Shown one piece after another: positions 1 to 13,230 of a stretch of 64,000 bases of DNA. How positions within the stretch are numbered: the stretch's first letter is position 1; each line of letters begins with the position of its first letter. The notes below the pieces were generated by a model. That model was given only the letters and a program-made list of their open reading frames with translations, was not told the origin of the DNA and did not search any database. Source of the stretch: Setoptus koraiensis (lineage: Eukaryota > Animalia > Arthropoda); NCBI GenBank assembly GCA_048013815.1, contig CM106586.1, positions 11,098,001-11,162,000 of the forward strand, in the 5' to 3' direction. The translations under genes were made by a program, and so were the position numbers.

Positions 1-3000
1 TATCCTCAAACACAGATACTTTCAACTGAATTTTGAAAATTGAATTGTTGATGCACGCAGCTAGGTACAATATCGAGTCATATGCAAATTTTTTGTGAAA
101 CCAGAAATATGATCCGGTTTATCGGAAGGTTTGCAACTAGAATGGTACAATCTAACCAATAATTGTGATTGATTAGTTAGCCTTTCTGGAGCTGTTACTT
201 TCATCCGTTGTTTGGTTACAGGATATTGTACCACGAACCAGTAACGGTTTAATAATCCATTCTTCTCTACTTGATATAGAAGAAGTGGGCAACAACAATT
301 GATGTTGTTGAACATCAAGACGGCCAAGACAATTACACTGGCTATTATGTGATATGCAAGGTTTGGATAGGTTATATATAGTTGTATATTAATGGATTCA
401 GATATACAGCTTTGCTTTGTTGCCAAAATAGTAGTAGGAAAACACATAAACATGCGTCTATGTTTGAGTTACACAATCGCATAGTGTATTAGGTGAGAAT
501 ACTGACACCATTCTGATTCTTTCTTCGTTTTTCTGTTGAATTGTTCGAGCGCTTCGTTAAACAACCATTGGTCTGGTTTACACGTAACGTGAGTTCAACT
601 TGATTCTGAAGTGGAACTGGTTTTGGTCCAGACACGTACGTATCAAGATTGTATCGACAGAAAGAGACCCCATGAGCGTTAGTCGCTTGTTCTCTCAACC
701 AATTCATTCATTCCCAAATCGACCCAAAATAGATGGTGGTGGCTTAAGAAGAATGTAAGAGTAACGCACTATAATCTAAGTAGGGGGCATCATAATCTCG
801 AATGAGCAGAGGCACAACATACTCGTATCAGACTATAACTAATAGAAGGAAGAGCCTCATCTTCTATTAGCCAACTCTAGTGGCACAATCATCATCGCTT
901 TATTTCGATTACGAGGAGATGATTATTAGATTAGAATCTGAGTCTATTTCTCTCGTTGCTAGTGCACTTGACATGAGGCACATTCTCTCTCTTCATTGTG
1001 TTGTTTTTCTCCGTTAGTTGTACGCATCTTAAGAGCTTCCGTTTGCACCCCGGTTCTGGGGGCCAAGATGGAAAGGAAGTCAGATTGCTTCATTACCGAG
1101 ACGTGCCGGCATCATCGTTCACATACAACAAATAACAAACACTGCTAACCACTCATAGTAGTATTAAAAGTAAAAATTGCGTTCAATAATAGCAGTTTCA
1201 TTATTTTATTAACAGTACTTGTACCTAGATAGATGGCCGCTTGGGACGGGAGCTGGTTTAGAATAAATGGTCATGAAAGCAGAGAGAGAGAGAGGGAGTT
1301 TTCTAGCTCTGGAAATTCAATATCCCCGTGTAGAATTGGCGTGTAGCTCTTGGTACAATAGACTTGCATATCTCGCTGGTAATTGTCTCGCTTTGTTTGT
1401 ACACGTCTTCTATCTGAGAGGCTCCGTCAAGAAGTTTAAGTTATTGTTCCGCTGGTATGAGGTCTGTCTGAGAGGAGTTGTATTTCACAAGTCTCCTCTA
1501 TAGCTGTTTTAAGCTAGGCACGTACTTGTGGCAGCAACACACAAGTGCGCATAACAAAGTAAATAGAGTTAAAGTAAGGAAATTTAGTTGGTCGGTTCAG
1601 TCGGGCTCGGCAATGTCGACGAGATTATGCATAATCCCAACTGGTCCACGACCCTTGAAGCAATTTTGTGTTTTTTGCTGGCGAAACAACAGCTGAGCTG
1701 TCTTTGTGAGGCCATTTCATAGTCGTGTCATCAGAGAAGTGCCATTTCTTTTTGCCCGGGGGAAATTTCATCCAACTCAAAATCTCGCGACCAACGCTGA
1801 CTGACTGACTGACTGACTATACGCGCCAGACCCAAGGTACAAAGTTTCTTGACAGACACACTCACACACAAGAACAAAAAAGAATAGTAATAACAACAGT
1901 GATGCCTCGGTTGACACCAGCGCTCTCTTGGGCAATTTATCCGACGATGATGGATAGTTCAAGGTTCACAAGAGTCTAATCTGGCCTCTGAGTGAGGACC
2001 ACTATCTCTTGAGTTGTGTGCCGTCTTGTTAACTTTTAATACATTGCATGTTGAGTGGCATACGAGATGACGATATTGCGCTCAAGATTCATATGAGAGT
2101 TCACCAACAATTGTTTGTTTTGTCTTATCTCCTGTCTCTCTAGAGAGAGCCACTGCTAGCCAGCAATATATTTGTGGAGGCGAATTCTGTCGAAAGTTTA
2201 GAATAGAACCAATCTGTGACATGTGCTCCAGTACCTACAGTGTATCTGTGCGGTATTGGAGGCTCAAAATAAGCTGTATGCAATAAAAAACATTAGCATA
2301 TGCAACATTTGACAACGTTGTCGACAGTATCAGCAACAGCTGCAGCCTTGATATAGCCAATTAACTGTGGCTTATGCGAAGCACTAATTGTATATCATCA
2401 ACGAAATGACAGCAACATTTGAGGCTCAATAATAACAGGGTTAGATCAACACGAATAACTTGATGCTAAATCACGCTAGTATTATTGTCGTGAACACACG
2501 ACGATATTACACACAGTTGTAGCTGAGCAGCTAACCCAAATAACTCTTTTGCCTAATATGCTGTTATTATTAGCAGAATTATATCATTAGAGAGGCACAT
2601 GCAAGATGAGAGAGCCAGATAACAGGTTGAAATGAATCAGTCTAAATTATGACTATAGCTACCAGCTAACAATGTAAGCATTGTGTAGTGTGTGTGTGTG
2701 TGTGTGTAAGCCGCCGAACGAGAATTAGATCAATTGATGATGCAATCAGCTTCAACTATCTAGCCGTGCTGTGCTGTATTCGAACCGAGTAATAATTCCA
2801 ACTGAGTAATAAGGCGCCTCCGAACGTAACCCGTATAGTATCTTGTAGGATCTCTGGTATATTTGAGGAATTTGTGCCAAAATGCGGCTAGATGTGTGTG
2901 TGTTCGCTCAATGGCTCACTACGGCTATCTATAAGCGCTATCTGGCAATACTTGACGGCAGCTCATTAGGCTCATCGAGAATCTCTACAAGCGCCATCAA

Positions 3001-3600
3001 TAAGCAAACAATAATCAAAGCGCCAGTTTGGCTCATTCGCTCGTTGCTCATTGCATTCATATCTAGAGCAAAATTTGTGTATATGGTAGTGCCTTGGCGG
3101 CCTTGCAAAGGTTGTCGACTCGATAGACTACACTGTAGTGTTGGCTATAGATCTTATGACACCCGCTCTATCATGTATAGTCGGACACCATAGCGCACAC
3201 GACTACAAACAAAACAAATACGACCAACGAGGCGCCGTCGTTAGTTTATCAGTGATCGCTATAGGCATACGCTTCTATCGTCTGTCGGAACGGAACTAAC
3301 GGCAACAAGATTGGGCATGGCTGGTTTCTGTAAAGTATGCGCGCCCGGTAAACCAATCGCGCACGAAGCTCCCAAACAAACACTGCTCAGCAATCAATCG
3401 GATAGTGGACAGTAGTGGCATATACTGTATATATACTGTATATATATATATATTGTTTCCAAGCACGTGACACGCAGCGAAATAGCTGGCCCATGGTGGC
3501 CACTTGGCACACCGCAGCTCGATGATAAAACATCAAATAATCATTTCAGAACGATGGCCGATGGCTTGTTAGCGGGCCGTTGCGCATCCGGCGCTGAGCC

Positions 3601-3700
3601 CATCGCCAGCGTAATCTGCCGCCCATCGCCAGAGCAATCTGCCGCCCATCGCCAGCGCATAATCTGCCGCCCATCGCCAGAGCAATCTGCCGCCCACCAG
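3601..3700. repeat. Minisatellite, 4 copies of a 23-25 bp unit (catcgccagagcaatctgccgcc) alternating between two variants
   Basis: Units at 3601-3623, 3624-3646, 3647-3671 and 3672-3694, plus a partial unit. No unique spacers. Confidence 0.9.
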
Positions 3701-6111
3701 GAGCCCCATTTACAGAAACAACAAATAGTTATTGAAGCCAATTCATTTGCCATGGGACAGCTTCTCATATTAGATTAGTTGTGATGCTTGTTAGCATTAC
3801 ATAAGCGTTTCCACAACAACAAGATTATGGCTGCTGCCGGACGACACACACACACACTCACACACTCACAAGATAGGTAGGCGAACGCGGTAAAGATTGT
3901 CGCGCATATCCTATGAATGTGCGAATTGGATGAGCACTGCTTATTGGGGTGCCAATATGGAATGGGTCACTGACCCATGAGTGACATAACATTATCGTGG
4001 AACACTAAACAGACGACACTTGACGAATATCAATTTATCTCGGCTCTGTTATGAAAACACGCATCGTGGCCTTCGCGCGATGATACGCGATAGTAAGATA
4101 GTTCACTTATTACGCCTTCGGCTGGGCCAACCGTTAGCCCGTAGCTGACAACTGGCATCCTCCGGCAGGGCGATTGTTTTACCGTTTTGTGTGTCGCACC
4201 ATGTCGTTTGTGCGTTGTTTTGGGCTGGCCAGAGCCAAAACTGATCCGAGTCGCCGATAATGCGCGGCCGTATACTGAGATACTGAGAGGTATACTGAGA
4301 GTACGGCCGTCCAAATACCGACCGCGCTGCTGTTACGTAAGCCAGCGGCCATAAATACTTGACGCGCTTCTATATGACCTATCGCAAATATCTGGCCGCG
4401 ATGCACCGACGACGATAAGAGGTGTGATTGTTGAGCGCCGGAGCGTCAGCGCTGGTCAGCAGCGGTGACACTCCGGCGGGGGCGCTCATAGCGGCCATTG
4501 TGGCGACTGCACGGCGCTGCTGAGATCTGGACGCCATCCTAGAGACCGTCCCAGAGACTGTCCCAGGGACCATGCCAAACCACCGGAATTCGGTGGCTTG
4601 ATCGTCCGGCAGGGCACATTGTCGTGTCGACTGGCCAGCAGCAAGTTAGCGGCCAGTGGCCGGCAGCTTGAACCGGCTAAGTGGGTTAGCGGCAACGAGA
4701 GCCCGCCAATGAAAATGAATTGACGCCAGTCAACGCACTCTCCCCACCGCACAACGGGCACTCGAATGGGAGGCTCCCAAAGTGGGGGCCAAACTTGATA
4801 AGGGTCAGCGCATCAACTGTATTACGTAATTGTTGTTAATGGTGTTTTGTGCGGCGAGCCCCAAGCGCGGCTCTAACGCACAGGGCTCGCCAACCAACGA
4901 ACAGTAGTAACACACGGGGCCACAACAAAGGGAAAAGTGATTGAATTAATCAAATCGCCATCATCATCATGCCGTCGAGTTATCCGAGTTGAGCGACCAA
5001 TCAAGCGGCCCGATTTGGCCTGCATCAGCCACAACGCCGAAACGCGACTGCCCAGCCATTCTCTTTGTTGCTCTCTTGTGCTACCTGGTTTGCAATTCTA
5101 TACTCTCGCCCCATAACGATCTAACCAATCGCTAATAGATTGCCAACACCGCCAACACCGGCCATAGATGGCCCCTATAACCTACAGCACAAACGGCACG
5201 CTATGTAACGATAAACATACGGCGCCCATCGTCGGTAATTGCTGCCCGGCCAAATTTGCTGTCTGTCTGTTATTTTGTAGCGACTCCGACAGCGGTGCCG
5301 GCGGTTGGTACAACGACCCGCATGCATACTGCCGACGGAAATTGGTTGCGATCAGTTGGGCCGCGTCAGCTGCCAGTATTGAGCGAACCCAACGGATCCC
5401 AAGTTGATCCGAACGATGGCATCTAGCGGCTATTAGCTGCTGGCCAATCAATGGCCGTTGCTTGACCATTAATCAATTTCGTTCAAATTTCAAATTTGTG
5501 TTCACTCTATCTAATCTCATCTCTTGCAAAATTATCCATGAATATCCACAACACACGAGATAATCGCTTGAACGCGTGGCACGCGCGATGCCTATCTGTG
5601 CGCTTTTACAATGATTGCGCTACGGCTGTCCATTACTTTTCTATGGTCAACACTAATCAATGTGCTGCACAGAGCACAGAATTTGTGGCACAGCCGATCA
5701 TTAACTGCCGAGGATGCTCTACTTGGTAGAGTCTACTAACAACGTAATGCGATTGAGTGGGCTGAATTCTTACATCACCAACCAAACGTTGATGACGAAA
5801 GCGATTAAAACTGGCTCAATGGGTTCTGTCAATGGGTTGCGATCATCGCAGCTGATCGCGACACAACAGATTGAGGTGCAGCACCATGCCCAATGGCGCC
5901 AAAATGGCCCAAACAGTCGTATGTGTATTTGTATCACCTGGACGCCAGGGGCCAGAGCCATCGGCCAGATAATCAATTTGAAATGAAGCGGCAAGTCAGT
6001 TGGTGGGCAATGTTTGGCCTGGCCATGGTTAGCATCACGTGCAACTGTCACAGCTGTCACTGGCTAGCGAGTCGATTTGGATGACGTTACGACAGGGCGC
6101 AGTTCCGGTCA

Positions 6112-6131
6112 GCGCCACTATATAGTGGCGC
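6112..6131. repeat. Perfect 20-bp palindrome gcgccactatatagtggcgc
   Basis: The sequence equals its own reverse complement. Confidence 0.9.
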
Positions 6132-9100
6132 ACTGAGTGACGTTTGGTTCACAAACCGGCGATTTAGTAACTGATACAGCTGATGCAGCGCGAGGCACGG
6201 CACTGATGGGCTTAATTGAATGCAATTGTTGTTCGCCGTAGCTATGTGACAGTCATGTATGCACGTATTCGTTATGGCCCACGTGTGACACATAACGGTT
6301 CATAGCTTGTCAACTAGCGAAATGAATGAATTATTGGAGGCACCAGCTGGCAACAGTGACAATAAGAGATGGAAACGTGTAACTGTCAAATAACATCGTT
6401 TGTTTGTGTTGTTTGTTGCGCAGCCAATCACACACTAACGAACAATTCACTGAATTGGCGCTACATAGAGGGTGCCACAAAAAGGTACACACAAAAGGTG
6501 TACAAAAGGTGCAAAAGTCGTTAACGGTCCACTCGGCAATCTCGGCTGTGATGATAAGTGCTAATCACACACTTCACACGATATACACAGGCATTGCAAG
6601 TTGGATGGTTAGTTATAGAAATGTGATGAATTTGAGCCAAGGACAAACGAAAGGGCGCGCGCGTAGAGAACGAAATTAGAGATCGGGATTACAGTGACAG
6701 AATGGAGAGAGAAAATCTGGCCCCCAATCTATCTCTGGCTGGCAGCGTTTCTGGCCACTGTAGATGTGATGATCACTCTGAAATCAAGAGTCTGGATAGG
6801 TGGCCCGTGACTCATCGGTCTGGCCGTTTAGCTCGCTCCAGCGGGCACATAGGAGAGTCAGTTTTTCAGTTGTTGCTGTTGCATGGGTGTCGTTTTGTTT
6901 TCAACTGCAGCAGGCAAGCATCTATGCCACACAGTCCATGGCCAATTCATGGGGCGAAATTCATAATAGCGTGAAAGATAGCAGGCGAAGATAAGATCTT
7001 GACAGAGATTTAGAACGAGGACGGGGCGCGAGCCGAGGCGAGCAGAGGCGAACAGAAGCGAACAGAAAAATATTATCCACCAAAATGGATTTGCGCGCTC
7101 CTCCTCTTTGGCTCTTTATCTGTGTGACGGGCGGCAATTTAACTCTTGTGCCAGTGAATGATTGTTAGTGCCGGTGATCTTGTAAATAGATTGAAATTGC
7201 AACTTTCAACTGCACCTGTGCCCCCTCACCCATTTCCTATTTGCATAACTCGCTGCTGCACTCACAAGTCAGAGTATCATCGCGTGGTGCCAATCTGACT
7301 AGTGCCAGCACTCAAGTAATGCACTCATTGGACCAGTTAGTCGAGTTATCAAAGAGGGCGAGAGCACCGAAGTTAATAAGAGAGAGCTCGAATGCCATGC
7401 AAGGCGATCAATAGACTCTGTTGGTGTCCCTTGTCGGGGCACTGCTCGCAAGTGAAGTGGCACCGCCAAGGTGCGTTGTTGGCGAGATCATCACCGACCC
7501 GCATGCTATAATCACTACAGTGTTGTGAAACGCCGCAGTCTAACGGTTTTGTTTTTTTTTTTGTAAACTTCAAAGTTGGCGCCCTTGCGCGCTTATCGGC
7601 GAAACTTTTGTTCGTCGTTGGATTGCTCTTTTGCTTCGTGTTGTTTTTTTTTGTTTTTTGTCTTGGGGAGCCCCTTTCTGAAGCTGCCACTGCCGTCCTA
7701 CAATCGACCGGCGCCCACATGCTCCGAACGGGTTTATCTCTAATAGATTTAAAATTCTTTCATCTCACTCTCATTTGAATAGATGTGCCTGGCGCGATAC
7801 TTTGAAAAGTGTGTGAGTGAAGTCCTGATTGCGCCGACACTGGGGACCGGCATCTCGAGCGAGCATCTTGAGGCAAGCAGAGTTTCGAGATGCAACAACA
7901 ACAACAGCAACAGCAACAACAAGCTCCATCGATTGACTGGTTTTGGGTGGCTAGCCGATACGCGCGAGATACGCGCGTTTGCTCGCTCGAGTGTTCAACA
8001 GCGAACGGCGTATCAAGTCGTCGTTTCGGGGGCCTCATCATTTATCACTCGCTTATCTGTTGTTGTGTTTGCGAGGGTAGGATCCGATGTATGTAGTCAT
8101 AACAAAAACAACTATGACATTATTGCCTCTCTTTATTTTAGTTTGTTGCCGTTCCGCACGGTGTCGTATCGTATGTCATGTAGTGGCTTCGCATGGTGAC
8201 ATCATTCAGATTCGAGACACTAGCTAGCGAAAATTGATTAGTAGTGGAGTGTTGGTAGCGGTTCCATTTGCATAATCTCACACTTTATCTATCTATAAGC
8301 TATTAATATGACTGTGTGTTTTGTTTGTATTATGTGGCCGATATAAGCGTTATACTTGTGTGAGTATAACTTGGTATCGGCGATGTCGTCGTGAGATGTG
8401 GCCATGTGGCGGTGTCCTATGTCTCGCTTCTATACACAACACGCTGCATACAACATGTGCTATCTCTCTATGTTTATATATTATTATTATTATATTTTAT
8501 ATATTATATTTATGTCTATTTTCGATATATAAATTCATTAGATTAGGAAGATACATTGGCTTTAGAGACATTTTCAGACACTGACTGTGTGTGTGTGTGT
8601 CTTGGAAGCCCACTAGTGTGCCTATAGCAAATACGAGTGTGTGTATTATGTAACATTCAATCACGGCCTAACAAGATGAGTGCGGAACGAATGAGAGGGG
8701 CTAACTAATCGGAGGAAGTGTTATGATTGGCGCACTGTTGTTGTAAAAGGCAACTCTGGCATGCTTTTGTATTGAATGTTTGTGTTTGCATTTGTATTTG
8801 GATTGAACACTATTAGAAGACACTCAACTGAGCTTGTAAATAGATAAATGATAAAAAGAGAGCTTCTTACACACCCAGCATGCGCTTGCGAAAGTGGAGC
8901 TAACAAAAAGTTCACTAATTGTCGCCGGCGTGAACGAACAACAGAGATTTGTCTTCGCTTGGTTTAGTGTTTGTTTCATTGATAATTGTTGTTGTGTTGT
9001 TTGAGCCTTCGCTGATGTTTAGAGCCAAAAGCAGCGACAACGACCGCGCAAAGAGCGATACAATATGAGCCTTATACTATGAGGGATAAACGAAATTAAA

Positions 9101-9598
9101 ACAAAACGAAGCGATAAACTCGATGATGAACTTGAACCTGCTGTCTGTGCAACACTATTTCTGGCTGCAGTCATCGGCGACCATGAGCGACACGAGAATG
9201 GCGACAATGGCTATACAGTGGTGAAATATCCGATTAGCCAAATGAAGGGCCGTCCCAGAGACAGTGAGAGAGACAGCTTTGGAGTGGGAGCAACGGACTC
9301 ATCAAGGGAAAATCTTGTTTGCCTGATTAGTGATCGAAAGCGAGAAGCTGATCCAGTGTCGCTGCACAATGTGCCCAGCACTGGATATATACTACACTAC
9401 TGGTATATAATTAATAATGGCGACTAACAACAACAACACATGTATATTTGTGTGTTTGCATTTGTACACAATGTATTGTGTGGTTGTCATCCGAGGCTTA
9501 GCCATTTTAATTAGTCGCGTTGCTTGTTTCAACTAGTCGCCGTCGTCTGCTGCTGCTGCTGTTGTTGACTAGTCACCATTAACAGCGTCACCGATCAC

Positions 9599-9790
9599 AA
9601 CAACGGCATGAACGACAGCGACAGCGGCAACAACAACGGCGATATCAACAACAACGACAACAACGGCGATACTAACAACAACGACAACAACGACAACAAC
9701 GAGATCAACAACGACAACAACGAGATCAACAACAACGACAACAGCGGCATGAGCAGCACAACAACGACAACCGCAACGATAACAATCGCG
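9599..9790. repeat. Degenerate (AAC/GAC)n trinucleotide-rich tract
   Basis: Runs of caa/cga/aac. One frame is open (9608-9814, Asn/Asp-rich), but coding status is unknown. Confidence 0.7.
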
Positions 9791-10465
9791 ACGGAGCCAA
9801 TGAAGATTAGCTAGCGCCGATAATAATAAATTAATCAGCGAGCCGGCGTGCTTGCTGGAGCGGCCATGACGCCACTTTTTTATTGTCTTCTTCCTTTCTG
9901 CGGCCCGTCCTCCGCTACAACAATACAATCACACAATACGGGCCGGCCGTCGTAAAGCACGCACTGTTCACCGCTAGTTGGTCAGTTGGTCACTTTGTCA
10001 GCGACTTGCGAACAGGCTGAGAAGGCGATCCGAGCGGGAAGGCGATCAGTTGGCGAGAGTGGGCCGAAGCCGGCCAAAGTTCTGGCCACACTGGAACAAT
10101 GTGGCGCGTTTGCGAGTATCTCACAAGCGGAACCTCAAATGTCGGTCACATTTGTTTTAGCTTGTCGTGTGTCGACTAGCTCCATTAGTGGCGAGCTGCT
10201 GTTCGGCGCCGACAGCGTGAGGTGCTCCAATGAATTTAACTGGCCGGCTCGTGCTGGCAATGGCAAGCTTCCAGTTGGAAATCCTATTAGAAACAGGCCG
10301 GTCATTACGTAATGTTGAGCAATTGAGGACAGGATGCTGGGCTGTTGATGCTTCAGTGATTTGCTTGTGACTATTTAACTAAAGGCCATCATCATTAAAT
10401 TATCAACAATCATTATTGCACTCATGATGTTTGCCCGCCCGCCTGCACTGGTAGTTCCTGTTCAT

Positions 10466-10609
10466 GACCTACCAGACCAACCAGACCTACGAGACCTACG
10501 AGACCAACGAGACCAACGAGACCAACGAGACCAACGAGACCTACGAGACCTGCGAGACCTGCGAGACCTGCGAGACCTGCGAGACCTGCGAGAACTACGA
10601 GACTTGCAA
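10466..10609 (+). repeat. 9-bp tandem repeat (gacctacga-like, about 16 units), possibly coding (D-L/Q-R)n
   Basis: Units gacctacga, gaccaacga, gacctgcga, gaactacga and gacttgcaa lie inside ORF 10424-10675. Confidence 0.85.
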
Positions 10610-10940
10610 CAGCCGGCCCACATTCATGCTGGCAACTATATTCAGATGTTACGCAACAAGGTGATGCAATGGTGAACACGAGCATTTGTCGCTCACCGTT
10701 GCTGTCGGCGTCATTTCAGTTATTGCTACTAGCAGCGGTGTTGCTGCTGTTGTTGAGTGGTCCGCACTTGGACTCATGACCGACAAATAACATTGCACAG
10801 TTGGTCTCAAGTTGGTGTGTAAATGACACTGATTACATAACTCGACAACGCAAGAGTGACTCTCCATAATGTTGATTGCGACCATTGTTGCCCACTGGCA
10901 TTATTCAGACTCAACGTTATTATTGTTGGCCATTGACAAA

Positions 10941-10972
<32 letters not shown>

Positions 10973-11958
10973 GCCTCTCCCTCTCTCTCTCTGTTTTCTT
11001 CATCGTGTGTCTACAGCTGATGATAGTAGACGCGATAATAAACTTGCACACTGGATCATTAGGTTCACTTTCTTTCTAATTTCAGTCGGGCAACGGCAAC
11101 AATTTACAATGTTGTCACAACAACACACAGCGACCGTTTATTTGCCATTCTATGCATGCTATATGAATGTCGTAAATGTAGTACACAGATACAAACACAC
11201 CGTCTGACACTGTTGTAAGTCGGACATAGACAGTCGGACATTCGGCGGACAGGATACAGTCACTGTCCGCTCGATTGTTTACCGGCGACACATACATGCG
11301 ATACAACACGAAAACAAATGAGCGCGCCAACCAGGTGACCGGCTGTTTAAATTGAAATTCAAGAGCAATGTTTGCCTATTTGCCTCTATAGATACATGTA
11401 CAACCAAACACACAAAATGCATGCCATCCAGTAACAACTTATCAATGCCGCTCTCTCTCTCTCTCATACTCACAACGCGTACAGTAGAGCAACTGATGAT
11501 GCAACGCTCCAATGATCTGCTTAATTATGGCCTGACCGGTGGCAAAATGGTAATAACAATATTCTCCCACTCACTGTCGCAAATCGTTCACGAATAATAT
11601 CTCTTTCAGTGGACGGCCATTGGGTCCGATCGGTCGCACGGCTCGCCGGCCGACACTATACACGATTTGCAAAGCACGGTGTGGGGACACACGAATCGCG
11701 CATATCACACAATGATCAACCGAGCATATTTCGTGTACAATTGACCGGGCTCTAGTTTCGCTTTATCGTCGTTTGATCAATCAACAATCCTTCAACTTTT
11801 TTTTCAAACAGCAAACATGACTCAGTGAGTCTACAAGATCTGATAAGTCGCATCTTACAGACTGCGCGCTCGCGTCATGCGTCGTTGTTTGGGTCAAATA
11901 GACCCAAAATCGAGCCAAATATTATAAATAAAGTTAAACTCTTGCGGCCACTACTTAC

Positions 11959-12349
11959 CCAATTTGCCCCCGTTAGTGTTTATCACATGTCTGGTGTGGA
12001 GAGCAAAAACTGCTATCGTAATAAATAGGCTAATATGATGCTTCGTTCGTTTTGACATTGATGCGCTGCACCTGACGCAATTGACAGAGCGTTTTCTCCT
12101 CTGGCTTGCCGGTGCGGTTTGATGTGACAGTTGTGGTTGTTGTAGTTGTAGTTGTGGTTGTTGTTGTGGTTGTGGTCGTCGTTGTCGCGTTTGCCGTTGG
12201 AATTGTTCACAATAGGAAAAGGGTGCTGTCGCTCTAGGGTTGCTGTTTGGCCCAGCTGGCCGCTGGTTAGACCCATGTCTGTCTGCCCTCATGGCGCCGG
12301 TCGGTATATTTTCTGGCACAACACTGATGGACACTTGTTTGCTGCTCAT
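11959..12349 (-). CDS. Putative first coding exon of an unidentified spliced gene (Q-rich N-terminus, then a hydrophobic segment)
   Basis: ATG-initiated 130-codon frame with the hydrophobic stretch ISLFITIAVFAL. It ends in a consensus donor TGG|GTAAGT (GT at 11958-11957). An NRF1-type palindrome lies about 340 bp upstream. No domain was recognised and downstream exons were not established. Confidence 0.4.
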
Positions 12350-12688
12350 TTGTTGACTAATGAGTTGCTGATTGGCTTGCTATCGATTGTGCTGCTGGCT
12401 GTTGTTGGTTTGATCGACGTCGATGAAAGTTTCCATCAACAAACTCGTCCTCTCATTAATTGTTGCACTCATCAAACTTCACTAGCTCATCATAACTGTC
12501 AACTAATTAATATTGCCTCTAATGGAAGATTCTTCTTACTTACAGACGTTTCGCCGTTTCGCTATAACTATCATACTTTGAACACTTTCTCAACAAATAC
12601 AAATACATCACGCAAACTTAGGTGAAAGTAACTCACTAGTCAACCAATGCAAGACCATGGGACCCAATATCACTAGTTTCGCCATATG

Positions 12689-12700
12689 TGCGCATGCGCA
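12689..12700. promoter_or_regulatory. Perfect NRF1/Erect-wing consensus palindrome TGCGCATGCGCA
   Basis: Exact match to the known NRF1 consensus. A partial second site (gagcatgcgta) follows at about 12716-12726. It sits at the GC/AT domain boundary upstream of the 12349 ATG. Confidence 0.5.
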
Positions 12701-13230
12701 ACAAAAACAAACCGGGAGCATGCGTAAACCAATGAATCAATTGAATAGATGGCGCCATCTGTCCAATGGGGCCAACTATTAGCCCGTCCGGCATCACCAT
12801 TGAGAAGGGGCCCCTCTGTTAGGTCGACGGCCATGTGGGTGACAAATTTCAAGATAACAAAACAGGAAACCTATCAAACTCATTGACCAACCAGACATTA
12901 ACTATACAAGTGTATAAATAATTGTAACGGTAATGATACAATTCTCGTTAGGGAGTATTTAATATGTGAGAGAATGTTTCAGTCTATTATACACTTATAA
13001 TACAATATAATGAATACAATACAATATTCATCAAATTCATCAAACAATAGATGAGTTACCGTGTGTTTTTTGTTTGTGTTTGTGTGTGTAAGATAAGCAA
13101 TAATAATATTTATAATAGTAGTAGTAACAATACCAAAACAATTTACTTTTTCTGGATAACATGTGGTCGATTGAAGAAAAGCGAAGTAAAGCCTTCTATG
13201 GAATTGATTATTTTTCTTCTTTTCTTCTCT

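Noticed and set aside
61-707. Two minus-strand ORFs (72 and 130 aa) as a gene
   Set aside because: No recognisable domain and no convincing splice sites linking them. Cannot be supported from this window.
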